Origin: a virus
Strand: one strand, 5' to 3'
Length of the DNA: 47,327 bases
Virus record (IMG/VR): IMGVR_UViG_3300043821_000003
The first letter of the stretch is position 1. The number at the start of each line of letters is the position of its first letter. The position numbers and the translations under genes were made by a program. Shown here in pieces: positions 16,421-26,595 of this stretch. The notes under the pieces are model-generated. The model made no database searches. It was not told the DNA's origin and saw only the letters and a program-made list of their open reading frames with translations.

Positions 16421-17902
16421 TTAAAGTCCAACCTTAGCCAATACATCCCTAAGTGAAACCTGTGTACCATCCTGTTTCGTAATCACCACATCGTCCCGGA
16501 AGAGTGCTTTGAAAGCACAGTCCAGTGTGTTGTCCATTGTGGCTTTCTGTCCGAACGCTACACCCCTTCCACCATGTAGGAAGTGCATTAGATAGATTGC
16601 TGTAGAAACATAATCTATGTAAGTAACCGTACTGAAAGCATCTTTCAGAACGTACCTCACATCATAAGAAAACTCAGTGTCCAATTCCCCACCAAGAACA
16701 TTGCTTCCCGGCTTAATAGTCTTTTTGTTCAACCATTCTGAGGTATCGGTTTTCTTGTACTCTGCTGTGATTGTGATACTGTTAAGTCCGGTACAGGAGG
16801 AATACTCTACTGCACTCTGACTGAGAAAATAAGTTCCGTCATTATCCATCTCACCAGACTTATTGCATCGGTCACTCTCAATCAGTGTGAACTTCGGAAT
16901 ATCATAAGGGAGAACATTCACAGTACAAGTCTTGCTACACGTTCGTCCACGACTATCAGTGATTGTTACCTCACATTCCAGAGAACCACTATTTATGATT
17001 CTGTTGATCTGTGGCAGGCTTGATGCACTGTAGGTCTGCTCCGTATACTGTGTGTCCAGTCTCAGCTTAATACGCTTGACTGTAGCACCTTGACTGGCAG
17101 CACAGGTGATAGCCGATACTCTGATACCACTCTGATTCTGAACAAACACTTTATTCCAACTAGCAGGGACTGATGTGTTTGTTTTATCTGCCAGAGTGAC
17201 ACTGCTGATTGTCGGTAGGAAGGTGTCAGACACAATACAGTTAAAGGTTGTAGAGATTGTCGTATAAACTTTCGTACCATAACTGATCTGGACAGTAACT
17301 TTACCTCCACCATATGCCTGTGAGGAATCACTGATTGCATCAAGCCAAGATACGGGTATGACATAACTTGTGCTATAGACATTCTTCACGGTCTTTGAAT
17401 AGCTGTGATTTCCAAGACTCCATGTAACTTTCAGTGATCCGTCTACGGACTTTGTGCCAAGGTAGTTACTAAACTCTGCGATTGAAGATGCACTACCATC
17501 AATCGTAATTTCATCAGCACTAACCGTAGTTGGTGCATTTTCAATGTCATACATAGAAAAAGTATCTTCGTAGGTTTGTATACCGTTATAAAAAGATAGC
17601 GTGAAAAATGGCTTGCTCACAGTAAATGTGGAAGAAGTTGCTTTTGTCACCATTGTGACTCCTGTACCCGTTTTGTCAGTTTTATTTTTAGTCCATGACA
17701 AATTTAACTGAGAACCGTCTATCTTCACCTTGATCGGACAAGACTCACTGTTGTTCCACCCTGACCATACATACGATCCGGGTTCCGAACCTTTACTTGC
17801 TTCCCAGATAAAATAAATCTTCGTGGTATCACCGCTTACAGAACCTTTTGCAACCACATAGCAACCTATGCTATTTACAAAATCTTTACTTGTTGCACTC
17901 AT
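16421..17902 (-). CDS. Tail/baseplate-associated structural protein (function unresolved)
   Basis: 493-aa ORF between the Tal-like protein and the fibre genes. It is beta-rich and Ser/Thr-rich, and its start overlaps the upstream stop. Confidence 0.5.
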   Translation of the reverse strand: MSATSKDFVNSIGCYVVAKGSVSGDTTKIYFIWEASKGSEPGSYVWSGWNNSESCPIKVKIDGSQLNLSWTKNKTDKTGTGVTMVTKATSSTFTVSKPFFTLSFYNGIQTYEDTFSMYDIENAPTTVSADEITIDGSASSIAEFSNYLGTKSVDGSLKVTWSLGNHSYSKTVKNVYSTSYVIPVSWLDAISDSSQAYGGGKVTVQISYGTKVYTTISTTFNCIVSDTFLPTISSVTLADKTNTSVPASWNKVFVQNQSGIRVSAITCAASQGATVKRIKLRLDTQYTEQTYSASSLPQINRIINSGSLECEVTITDSRGRTCSKTCTVNVLPYDIPKFTLIESDRCNKSGEMDNDGTYFLSQSAVEYSSCTGLNSITITAEYKKTDTSEWLNKKTIKPGSNVLGGELDTEFSYDVRYVLKDAFSTVTYIDYVSTAIYLMHFLHGGRGVAFGQKATMDNTLDCAFKALFRDDVVITKQDGTQVSLRDVLAKVGL

Positions 17903-20073
17903 TCCTCATTCACACCTTCCATTTGAAAAATGTTATCTTCATCTACTACCGGAACATACTTGCTTGCCCTTCGTGGAATTTTCATAACGCTTACAATGCT
18001 TGCATTGTCGGTTTTCTCAACTGCTCTCCATTTCACACCCATTCCATACTCTGTAGAGATGAAATCGAAGTAACCACCATCAGCCGCAGCACCCACGGAC
18101 AATCTGTCCATTGCTTCTACGGCATTGATATGCAGCTTGTTATACTGGATGAAAGCAACCTCAGAACCGTCCTGCAAGAATCCCATCCTCTCATTGTCAA
18201 TATTAATCGAATACTGCTGCTTCTCTCCGTTGACCTTCTTACCAATCTCCAAACCATCCTCACTGAAACCAAAGTAGGTTTGAAGCTGCTCACGGTAACT
18301 ATTCGCCTCGTTACCTTGTTCAGTAACACGATCAGTCAGAGAGTTTACCGACATATTAAAGCCCTTCGATGTTTCTTCCAGTTTGGTGCTATACTCAGTC
18401 GTAATCTCTTGATGTACGCTGTCGGTATAATCTTTTGCCTGAGCCAGTCGATCATCAATCTTTGCATTGGTAGTATCAGTAACGGTCTTGACACTCTCAG
18501 CAACCTCAGTACGGATCGTTCCACCTGTATTTGCGATCAGAGTTTTTGTCTCTTCGGTTGTACTATAATCTGTCAACTTTCCGTCAACGGTTTCTTCCAT
18601 TTCCGTTGTGACACTTTGCTTATACTCAGATGATAACTTCTCAGCGGTAACACACTCTGCATCCAGATATTCAGTAGAAATCTTATAAGCTGCCAACATA
18701 TTGTAGATAGCATTACCATCTTTACTGAATCCGTATTTCCATACAGGGTTTCCATCATTCCAACTCTTTGTCCAAGCAAAACCGTTTGCCTTGAAGGTGT
18801 AAATGATGTTACTGCTTTCAAGAGTCTCACCGTCACAGAAGTAATAAACCTGTGTTCCATCATCCTGCGAAATCGTTACGATGTTCAGACCCAAGCTGTT
18901 GCTCAAAAGTCTGTTCAATTCAAGCTGTGCCTGTTCTTTCGCAGTCATAGCCTTATCCAGATTTTCTCTCAGCTTTTCCAGAATGGTTGCTTGCTGTTTG
19001 GTAAGCCCACCACTCTGAGAGTATTTCTGCTTCTGGGTTGTCTCGCCCTTACCTGCAATACTGGTACTGAGATTCATCCCGAACGTCACATTCGTAATGA
19101 TGGTGTCATGCACCTCACCTTTTGCATCCTCATAATGAATCATGTCCATAGGGTAGATGTATGGTGCAGATTTAATAGTTGCTGTGTATGGTCTATAGGA
19201 AAATCCCTTCAAAGAAACATACAGAGTATCAAGTACCACCTGTACATTATCCTGTAGCAGACCATTACTGGATAAATCCAAACAATAATCGTCCGTCCCG
19301 GCAATGTACTCTGTGTTTGCAGCATCCTTAAAGTAAATACCTGTAATGGCTACATCATTTTCCTGCATATCACTGTTATATCTTTCGGAAGGGCTGATTG
19401 TAAGATCAGTCTGCTCATACCATTTCAATTCCAGATTGCCGTCATAATTCATGAAAGCACACGTTCCGGTCAGTGCCGCACACCACTGTAGCAATGTTCG
19501 GTAGGTCAAGTCCTGACCTTCTGGGTACGCTATAATCTGGTAATCTTTGTTTGGCAACCGGGTAATATCCGTTGCCATTGTCACACCACAAATAGTGCAA
19601 ATCTTATCCAGTAGATCAGCTACCGTCATAGGGAATGACAGTTTACTTGTATCTACGGTCTTATCGAAAAGAATCATTCTGTCTAGTGCTGAGATCGTAA
19701 TAGTGGACAAAGCCCGTGGCGGTTCATCAATCGTAAAGTACCCACATGGAATCCAGTGAATCACTGCATTTTCCCATCGGTGTGCATCCCATTTCTTGAT
19801 ACCGATTTTCACAAATACCTCTGCACCTTCAAAGACGGTATTATCATATTTACCGTCATCGTTTTTCAATTTGAGTGTAAGTTCCGCAGCTACCGCAGAA
19901 CCTACCTCAATTTTTGAGTTCGACACACTGTAGCGGTCTATACTCAAACTTCCCTGAACAATCTCATTCTCAGCAACCGAAAAAGACTCATTCACGCCAT
20001 TTACTGTAATGTCAGCAACCTGTATGTAGTTTTTATTGAAGAGGTTCTTAACCTCCTGTGATACGTTATACAT
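17899..20073 (-). CDS. Tail-associated lysin/Tal-like minor structural protein (prophage tail endopeptidase-type N-terminus)
   Basis: 724 aa, positioned after the Dit-like gene. The N-terminal region resembles the phage minor structural protein N-terminal domain. Confidence 0.65.
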   Translation of the reverse strand: MYNVSQEVKNLFNKNYIQVADITVNGVNESFSVAENEIVQGSLSIDRYSVSNSKIEVGSAVAAELTLKLKNDDGKYDNTVFEGAEVFVKIGIKKWDAHRWENAVIHWIPCGYFTIDEPPRALSTITISALDRMILFDKTVDTSKLSFPMTVADLLDKICTICGVTMATDITRLPNKDYQIIAYPEGQDLTYRTLLQWCAALTGTCAFMNYDGNLELKWYEQTDLTISPSERYNSDMQENDVAITGIYFKDAANTEYIAGTDDYCLDLSSNGLLQDNVQVVLDTLYVSLKGFSYRPYTATIKSAPYIYPMDMIHYEDAKGEVHDTIITNVTFGMNLSTSIAGKGETTQKQKYSQSGGLTKQQATILEKLRENLDKAMTAKEQAQLELNRLLSNSLGLNIVTISQDDGTQVYYFCDGETLESSNIIYTFKANGFAWTKSWNDGNPVWKYGFSKDGNAIYNMLAAYKISTEYLDAECVTAEKLSSEYKQSVTTEMEETVDGKLTDYSTTEETKTLIANTGGTIRTEVAESVKTVTDTTNAKIDDRLAQAKDYTDSVHQEITTEYSTKLEETSKGFNMSVNSLTDRVTEQGNEANSYREQLQTYFGFSEDGLEIGKKVNGEKQQYSINIDNERMGFLQDGSEVAFIQYNKLHINAVEAMDRLSVGAAADGGYFDFISTEYGMGVKWRAVEKTDNASIVSVMKIPRRASKYVPVVDEDNIFQMEGVNEE

Positions 20074-20447
20074 TAGTGCTTACCTGACCTTTCTATGGCA
20101 TTGAATGAAACGCTACTCCATATTCCCTTGCGGGAATTGTAAAGCTGTGCAGGCTTATCACCTGTGTAAAATTCGCTTGTCCTGTATTTACCAAGTCTGG
20201 CATCCAGATAGCAAATCTTCACATACTCAGGATTGAAAGCCTGAATGATAGCGGCAGCATCCTCAATGGACACATTCTGCCATTCCATCTCCAACTTCAC
20301 ACACTGACCGATTCGTTTCTTATCCATGTTCGTATCTTCGGTTCGTCCTGCATCACTGGCTGAAATATCGTTCAGTGAATATTTATAACCGGAAGGGCAT
20401 TTAATAGCCTTACCGTCCACGGATCGTATTGGATTGTAGTCAGCCAT
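20073..20447 (-). CDS. Putative small distal-tail (Dit-position) protein
   Basis: 124-aa ORF directly after the tape measure gene. The call rests on position only. Confidence 0.4.
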   Translation of the reverse strand: MADYNPIRSVDGKAIKCPSGYKYSLNDISASDAGRTEDTNMDKKRIGQCVKLEMEWQNVSIEDAAAIIQAFNPEYVKICYLDARLGKYRTSEFYTGDKPAQLYNSRKGIWSSVSFNAIERSGKH

Positions 20448-20459
20448 AATATCCCTCCT

Positions 20460-21965
20460 TTACGTTGTTACCGGGATGATGGTTTTACCATCCCTCTGAT
20501 TTTTACGGTTCATAGCTTTTGTGAAAGAGTCCGTAGTGATCTCAGCAGTGAAATCCTTACTTGCGATCTGCCGTAACAGTTCGTTTTGCTCTTTCAGAAG
20601 TTCATTCTGACGGGCAGTAGCGTCATACATACCCTCACGAACTCCATCAGCAATAGAATCCTGACTTCCACCTGTAAGCCCTGCTCTCACCTTGTAAGCC
20701 AGAGTGTCCATCCACTCCGTATGATTCTCCAAAGGAAGAACTGCTTCACGTCCTGCTTCACCGCCGCCTAGCATGGTGTTACCCATCATGCCGAACAACT
20801 GTGCCCCTTCCAAGATACCTCCGGTCTTATACCAAGACACAGAGAAGTGAGGGATGGATGGTGGGTTCAAACTAAAGTTACCGTAGATACTAAAGTGCGG
20901 AAGTTTGATAGAAGGTAAACTCCAATGGAAATTGAAGAAAGACTTCATACGGTCAATGCCATCCTTGACGGCATTTTTCGCACTGTTGATCTTATCGGAA
21001 ATCGTAGTCTTAATATTCTGGAAGCTACTGCTTGCATTGCTTTTCAAGGTACTCCAAGAACTTCTCAGGCTGCTGTTCAGCGTACTCCATGTAGAACTTG
21101 TATTGCTCTTAATCTCATTCCACTTCGTAGAAATGGTAGATTTCAGAGTAGACCAAGTAGAACTTGCCGTACTCTTCACACCAGACCATGTAGTACCCAG
21201 ACTTGACTTGATTCCAGACCATACAGTAGAGGTGTTCGTTTTCACGTTGCCCCAAGCTGTAGAAATGGTAGACTTCAAATTCGTCCAAGTAGTTCCTGCG
21301 GTAGTTTTCACGTTCGTCCAAGTGGTACTCAGGTTGGACTTGATATTGCTCCAAACTGTAGAAGTATTAGACTTCACGTTAGACCATGCAGTGCTGATAG
21401 ACGTTTTGATGTTCGTCCAAGTGGTACTTGCCGTGGTCTTAACATTCTGCCAAGTATTCCCCAGAGTGGTCTTGATGTTCTCCCAAGTCTGACTTGTGTT
21501 TGTCTTGATCTCACTCCATTTCTGAGAAATGGTAGTTTTCAATCCCGACCAAGTTTCAGAAGCTTTAGTCTTAATACCGCCCCAGATTCCAGAGATTGTA
21601 GAGGAAATTTTACCCCAGATATCCCCGGCAGTGGTTTTGATATTCTCCCAAGCACCAGAGAGAACGGACTTGATCTGACCCCATTTTTCAGAAGCCGTAG
21701 ACTTGATCTTGTCCCAAGCATCAGAAATCTTATCTTTGATTCCGATAAGGAAATCTCCGATAAAGGAAAGAACATTTCCAATGCCATCCTTGATACCCTT
21801 TAGTAAGCCCTCTACGATATATCCACCCTGCTCAGCCATAACGGTTGAAGGACTGTGAATACCAAACGCAGACTTGAAGCCATCAATGAACGGCTTGAAT
21901 ACATTGTCATAAATCCAAGTGCCAATACTCTTGACACCTTCAACGATACCCTTTACAGATACCCT
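20460..21965 (-). CDS. Tape measure protein, C-terminal segment (frame open from 21965; first ATG at 21839)
   Basis: The in-frame upstream sequence reads [44 protein letters not shown], which runs through the annotated ATG. It also has an 11-residue Trp-periodic repeat block. Confidence 0.8.
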   Translation of the reverse strand, partial: RVSVKGIVEGVKSIGTWIYDNVFKPFIDGFKSAFGIHSPSTVMAEQGGYIVEGLLKGIKDGIGNVLSFIGDFLIGIKDKISDAWDKIKSTASEKWGQIKSVLSGAWENIKTTAGDIWGKISSTISGIWGGIKTKASETWSGLKTTISQKWSEIKTNTSQTWENIKTTLGNTWQNVKTTASTTWTNIKTSISTAWSNVKSNTSTVWSNIKSNLSTTWTNVKTTAGTTWTNLKSTISTAWGNVKTNTSTVWSGIKSSLGTTWSGVKSTASSTWSTLKSTISTKWNEIKSNTSSTWSTLNSSLRSSWSTLKSNASSSFQNIKTTISDKINSAKNAVKDGIDRMKSFFNFHWSLPSIKLPHFSIYGNFSLNPPSIPHFSVSWYKTGGILEGAQLFGMMGNTMLGGGEAGREAVLPLENHTEWMDTLAYKVRAGLTGGSQDSIADGVREGMYDATARQNELLKEQNELLRQIASKDFTAEITTDSFTKAMNRKNQRDGKTIIPVTT

Positions 21966-24039
21966 TTACCCAGTCGATACCCGTTTTCTTCGTACCGTCA
22001 TCATTCGTGAGGTACTTCTGGAAATATCCGGTGATATCCTTCCAGATATCAGATACGATAGTAGCAATAAAACTTACTGCTGCACCCATAGCAGTACCAA
22101 GTAGTTTGAAGAAAGACTGTGCCAGAGAAGCAAAGTCAATACCTGCAATACAATCCTTAGTGTTCTGCCACAGTGCGTGTGCTGCACCACTCCAATCAAT
22201 CCCGGCAATCCATTCCTGCATCTCATTGAAAGCACCCCGGAGGAAATCTCCGAAACTCTTTCCAACCAGTTTCCAATTCAGACCTCCAAGTGCCCCTCTC
22301 AGGAAATCCAGACCCGCTGTAAATCCCCGGACAAGCAATCGTCCGACAAAGGTAAAATCTATCTCACTCAATGCTGAATTAAGGAACTCAGCTACATGAT
22401 TACCTAGATTCTTAAAGTCAGCCGTTTTCAAGAACCAGTATGCTGTCTGCACAGCACCGTTGATTCCATATCCAACCTTCTTACCGAAGCCCGCCCAGTC
22501 AATGCTATCCACGATCTCATTGAATTTATTTCCAAGGATCGTACCAAGTTCTTTCCAGTTACCTGCTTCAAATGCTTCTTTCAGCTTGTCAGCAAATTCG
22601 CTGATAGAGTTGTCAATCGGAAGTTCCTCAAACATCGAACCGTAGTCCGGTGCAGAAGCACCGCCGCCACCTCCACCGCCACCACTACCAGAACTATCCT
22701 TATTCTTGTCACCAAGAATGTTCAGTTCATCAAAACCAAGGGTGTATCTCTTGATTTCATCAGCGGCTTTCTTTGCTGCTTTAGAAGCTGTGCCTGCGGC
22801 ATCCTTTGCTGCACCACCGTAGGTAGCTGCAACTTTCTTAGCTGCCGTGTAGGTCTTAGAACCTGTGAGTCTTGCAAACAACTGATTCAGAATGTTGAAC
22901 AGTGCTACAACCTTACCGATCACAAAATCAATCGCAGGTGCAAGAGCGTTAATTAGAGGTGCTGCCATAGCACCCATGCTGTTCTTCAAATACTGTGCGT
23001 TCGTAGCAAGAGAGTTCATGCTATTCGCAAAAGTACCGCCCATCAAAGCACTGTAGTTGTACAGATTATTGATACCGTCCTTAAAGCACTGCGTAAGCTG
23101 AGACATTGCGAAACGGATCATTCTGTATAATGCAATACGCTTGATAGAAGAAAGGAAACTTCCTAAAGCACTTGTCGCATTGTGTACCTTAGAAGTAAAG
23201 GCGTTCCCAAGGGAAGAAGTTACTTGCTTCATTCCTGCCGCCAGTTTAGAACCAAGGGTTGTTGCAACCGCTTTGATAGTTCTTCCAAAAGCACCCAGAA
23301 CACCGCCAGACTTCTTGAACTCTGAGTACATCGTCCTTAGACTTCCGAGTGCCTGTCCAATCTTATGAGGTATGCTTCCGATCTGCTGACCTACATAAGA
23401 TATACCTGTCAGACCACCGATCTCACCGATGACCTTCTTGACACCAGACAGTGCCGTTCGTGCCATACCTGCGGATCGTGTAACTTCCTGTAGCTGACTG
23501 TCTGCATGACTCATACCATTATCAGCACCGCCAGTATTGTTTACATCCTCAATCTGTGTACCACTGTGGGACGTTGATCTTCCAGACGAAGCAGGCTCAG
23601 TGTTAATGTCTGCCGGGTTCGGTGTTCCCGATCCTGTACCGCCTGTATTTACCTGCGGAACACGGACATTCTGTAGCCCCTGCATACCCTGTAATGCTCT
23701 GCTCATACTTTCCATGCGATCTATGTCAGACTGACTGATACTCTTCATTGCATTTCCGATTTCAGAAATTCTCTTCGGTACAGATGTAGGAATCCTGATT
23801 TTTCCTGCTTTACCAAGAGACTCCATTGCCCTGCCAAGACCTTCCAATTTGTCTGTGTGTAGTCCACTCAACGACTGATTCAGTTTTTCAAGCTGCTTAA
23901 TAGAACCGTTCAGATTCGCACCGCCCTTGATAGCACTTTTCAGGTTCTTAAAGCTGTTCGCCAGTTTATCAATCCCGTCAGCACCCTTGTCAGATTTTGC
24001 TTCTACTTGAAACTCAAGACCTTCGATCTCAACACTCAT
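21940..24039 (-). CDS. Tape measure protein, N-terminal segment (ends at a stop created by the frame shift at 21945-21970)
   Basis: 699 aa, helical and Gly/Ala-rich, with a GGGGGGG tract. It lies downstream of the G/GT chaperones. Confidence 0.8.
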   Translation of the reverse strand: MSVEIEGLEFQVEAKSDKGADGIDKLANSFKNLKSAIKGGANLNGSIKQLEKLNQSLSGLHTDKLEGLGRAMESLGKAGKIRIPTSVPKRISEIGNAMKSISQSDIDRMESMSRALQGMQGLQNVRVPQVNTGGTGSGTPNPADINTEPASSGRSTSHSGTQIEDVNNTGGADNGMSHADSQLQEVTRSAGMARTALSGVKKVIGEIGGLTGISYVGQQIGSIPHKIGQALGSLRTMYSEFKKSGGVLGAFGRTIKAVATTLGSKLAAGMKQVTSSLGNAFTSKVHNATSALGSFLSSIKRIALYRMIRFAMSQLTQCFKDGINNLYNYSALMGGTFANSMNSLATNAQYLKNSMGAMAAPLINALAPAIDFVIGKVVALFNILNQLFARLTGSKTYTAAKKVAATYGGAAKDAAGTASKAAKKAADEIKRYTLGFDELNILGDKNKDSSGSGGGGGGGGASAPDYGSMFEELPIDNSISEFADKLKEAFEAGNWKELGTILGNKFNEIVDSIDWAGFGKKVGYGINGAVQTAYWFLKTADFKNLGNHVAEFLNSALSEIDFTFVGRLLVRGFTAGLDFLRGALGGLNWKLVGKSFGDFLRGAFNEMQEWIAGIDWSGAAHALWQNTKDCIAGIDFASLAQSFFKLLGTAMGAAVSFIATIVSDIWKDITGYFQKYLTNDDGTKKTGIDWVKGICKGYR
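21945..21970 (-). repeat. 13-bp tandem duplication (GTAAAGGGTATCT GTAAAGGGTATCG on the minus strand) interrupting the tape-measure frame
   Basis: The 12-nt core gataccctttac occurs at 21945-21956 and 21958-21969. Removing one unit joins the two TMP ORFs in frame. Confidence 0.9.
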
Positions 24040-24526
24040 TGTTTATTTCCCCTCCTTCCCTCTGTTTTTCTTCAAATCGTTTATTAAATTCAACCATCCA
24101 TGCTCTCATAGCATCCTTACCGTTCTTCATCTTCTGCTGATTCTGACGTTCCTCAGTTTCCTTAATAGCTTCCATCGTGATAGGTATAGGCTCTTTCATG
24201 TAAGGGAACGGCTCATGTCTTTCACTCAGCGGATTGAATACCGGAGAAGCATCAACCAGTGCTTCATAGATGTACATACCCTGCATCCAGTGGTTGAAGT
24301 TCTGTCTGTCTAAATCTCTTTTGTGCTTATCCCGGTAGAACTTAACCATTGCTGCGTCCCCATCCCAGTAATCGTGATAGGTCATGCCGATGGATAAGTA
24401 ATACCCGCACTCTTCCTCAAATCTTTCCGTGTAACGAAAAGAGGACGGACGGTTGTTATCACGCCCGTCCCCGTCATTGTCGGTGGACTCCCCCGTTACC
24501 ACGAAGTCACCCACTCCACGTTTCCC
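24029..24526 (-). CDS. Tail assembly chaperone T-frame extension (made as a G-T fusion by -1 frameshift)
   Basis: The -1 frame is open from just upstream of the slippery site and runs on to overlap the TMP start. This is the classic gpG/gpGT arrangement. Confidence 0.7.
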   Translation of the reverse strand, partial: GKRGVGDFVVTGESTDNDGDGRDNNRPSSFRYTERFEEECGYYLSIGMTYHDYWDGDAAMVKFYRDKHKRDLDRQNFNHWMQGMYIYEALVDASPVFNPLSERHEPFPYMKEPIPITMEAIKETEERQNQQKMKNGKDAMRAWMVEFNKRFEEKQREGGEINNEC

Positions 24527-24825
24527 GTCTTTTCATCCGGTTCGTCCATCAGAGACATAATCGGTTCGTTGTACATCTCTGCAAGTTTACCGATAAGACT
24601 CTCTTTGTCAGGCATACCCGCAAAAATCTTATCAATATCCTCCTGCTTCACGAACCTGTGATGTGCCTTAAAAGCACCTGCAAACAAAGCAGGAAGAAGA
24701 GTCATCGGACGCTTTTCAATGTCATCCGCAACAAACCCTTCCGCTTCCATCTGCTGAATAGTACGTCTGGTGTATTCCAGTGTGTAGTCCTTACCTTCGT
24801 AGGAAAAAATAATCTGTTTAGCCAT
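24496..24825 (-). CDS. Tail assembly chaperone (gpG-like)
   Basis: 109 aa, lying between the major tail protein and the TMP. The slippery heptamer is near its 3' end. Confidence 0.75.
   Translation of the reverse strand: MAKQIIFSYEGKDYTLEYTRRTIQQMEAEGFVADDIEKRPMTLLPALFAGAFKAHHRFVKQEDIDKIFAGMPDKESLIGKLAEMYNEPIMSLMDEPDEKTGNVEWVTSW
24520..24526 (-). promoter_or_regulatory. Programmed -1 frameshift site G GGA AAC
   Basis: The zero-frame codons acG GGA AAC form a canonical X XXY YYZ heptamer, and the -1 frame is open downstream. Confidence 0.7.
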
Positions 24826-24862
24826 TGCTCTTATCTCCTTTAATTCTTAAAATTAACTGTTC

Positions 24863-25234
24863 TTACTCTTCCTTGATGACCGTAGACGGTGCGATCGTGA
24901 TAGACATACCGACTACCTCATTGACCTTACCGCCAGTCACATGAACGGAAAGCTGACCGTCAAAGGAAAACTTACCGTCAGTACCGGTAGGAGTCACAGT
25001 ACCGTCCTCATTGTCAGTACCACCAAACCATACAGCATAACCGTCAGTCTTACCTTCCAGTTCCTTTAACGCCTTGTACGCTGTATAATCGTAGTTCGCC
25101 GGGAACTTCAAACCTTCGTTTCCAAGAATACCAAGGATGTAGGTTTTCATACGATCAGAAGTTGTGGTTGTTTCCAGAAGTTCCGGGTCAGAACCCAGAT
25201 CAGGGAACTCCGTAATGTCCACAAGTTTTCTCAT
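24863..25234 (-). CDS. Major tail protein (conservative start MRKLVDI; probably begins at 25289 in another frame, see findings)
   Basis: LVDITEFPDLGSDPELLETTTTSDRMKTYILGI...FPANYD matches the siphovirus major tail pattern. Confidence 0.7.
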   Translation of the reverse strand: MRKLVDITEFPDLGSDPELLETTTTSDRMKTYILGILGNEGLKFPANYDYTAYKALKELEGKTDGYAVWFGGTDNEDGTVTPTGTDGKFSFDGQLSVHVTGGKVNEVVGMSITIAPSTVIKEE

Positions 25235-25295
25235 AGGTAGACACTTCCTTTTTGTGCATAAGGAAGGTCTTAAATGTACTAATAGCCATTGCTCT

Positions 25296-25697
25296 TTACC
25301 TCCTGTAAAAATTTTCACCGTCCGTTGCTGCTGAGTAACGGGCAATGATTCTGTATATGGTTGCGTCCTCCAAGTTCGGGACTGGTGTAAATGCCAACCG
25401 CCTGAAATTCATGGAGAACATCTTTTCATCAATAGCTTTTGCTATGGATTTACATTCCGTTTTCTTACCCTCAGACTTGTTTGAGTACACATTGATCTCA
25501 AACATTACAAGGGACATAGCTTCCTTACCGCTTGTGTCCTGCTTGTCAGCAATCGTGCTGTTATCACTCTGAGTAATACTCACATGAGGGAAAGAAGAAG
25601 GGGTCTTTGTATATTCGCCCGCTACGTTAATTCCCGGAAACTCTTCACGAAGCATCCTAACAATACGGGTATAGACCTCATTTTCGCAATCAATCAT
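25296..25697 (-). CDS. Tail terminator / tail-completion protein
   Basis: 133 aa, immediately upstream of the major tail gene. Its pattern (VYTRIV...FPHVSITQSDN...) is typical of tail-completion proteins. Confidence 0.5.
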   Translation of the reverse strand: MIDCENEVYTRIVRMLREEFPGINVAGEYTKTPSSFPHVSITQSDNSTIADKQDTSGKEAMSLVMFEINVYSNKSEGKKTECKSIAKAIDEKMFSMNFRRLAFTPVPNLEDATIYRIIARYSAATDGENFYRR

Positions 25698-26227
25698 CTT
25701 CGATACACCCTCCTTGCTATTTCCTCAAACTTTTCTTCTAGTTCACGAACTGTATAATACATACTCATGTTTGCAGGATTACCATAGGTATGAATTTCTC
25801 CTGCGTGTTTCCCGGTGGCTATCACCTCACCGTTTGTACCGGGATCACCCTGATATCTCCATCCTTTTTCAAGCCGTCCTAAGTGATGCCCGTAACCGCC
25901 ATGCTCAAAACCGAACTTCCCTGCTTCCGGGTGGGAATCAGGATATTTCACACCTGTACCGAACTCAATGAAAAGAACGGAACTGCCTATAGCCACTACA
26001 GCAGCTTTATTCTCTCCCCTGCTTTCAACCGATACCGAAACGTCATTCGTACCATCGTAGGTAGCTGACTGAAACTTTGCTCTTGAAATCTGCATCCCTT
26101 CATCGGCAAGGGCTTTTACAAATTCCTGCGTCTTTTCTTTCAGCCACTTCTTATAGTTCTCTAATTCCTTTATCGCATTGTCTATGCTCTGTTCGGTAAG
26201 CTGAACTTTGATAACCTTGTTACTCAT
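25694..26227 (-). CDS. HK97-gp10-like neck/head-tail joining protein
   Basis: 177 aa with the FIEFGTG motif, in the expected position. Confidence 0.6.
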   Translation of the reverse strand: MSNKVIKVQLTEQSIDNAIKELENYKKWLKEKTQEFVKALADEGMQISRAKFQSATYDGTNDVSVSVESRGENKAAVVAIGSSVLFIEFGTGVKYPDSHPEAGKFGFEHGGYGHHLGRLEKGWRYQGDPGTNGEVIATGKHAGEIHTYGNPANMSMYYTVRELEEKFEEIARRVYRR

Positions 26228-26595
26228 GAGACTTTCACCTTCGATACTGCATAAGAGATCGTGTTAAGAGACTTCGCAACCCGTTTTACGGTATAGTCGA
26301 AAGCAGGCTTACCCTGCCGATAACCCGGCTTACTGTCCACAAACAGGACTGTGTTTTCGTCTATCGGACAACTCATGTCATCCGTAATCAGAACCTTGTC
26401 ATAACTGTCCAAGTTACCGAACATATTCACCTGTGCATACCCTGTAGCGTGTGACACACTGCACATCAGCTTCACAGGTCTTTCATACAGAATCCGGTAT
26501 TCACTTGTCTCATTCCCATCTTCATCAAGAAGAGGTTCTTTTCCCTTATACAGACAGTAGTAGATTGCCGTCTGATTCCGTTTCATCAGTCTCAT
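26224..26595 (-). CDS. Head closure / head-tail adaptor protein
   Basis: 123-aa ORF in the connector cluster. The call rests on position only. Confidence 0.45.
   Translation of the reverse strand: MRLMKRNQTAIYYCLYKGKEPLLDEDGNETSEYRILYERPVKLMCSVSHATGYAQVNMFGNLDSYDKVLITDDMSCPIDENTVLFVDSKPGYRQGKPAFDYTVKRVAKSLNTISYAVSKVKVS

Noticed and set aside
21115-21354. Several 60-195-aa ORFs in alternative frames within the tape measure gene (20905-21492, 20925-21206, 21115-21354, 21539-21787)
   Set aside because: These are by-products of the 33-nt periodic repeat array, which keeps several frames open. There is no independent support for them.
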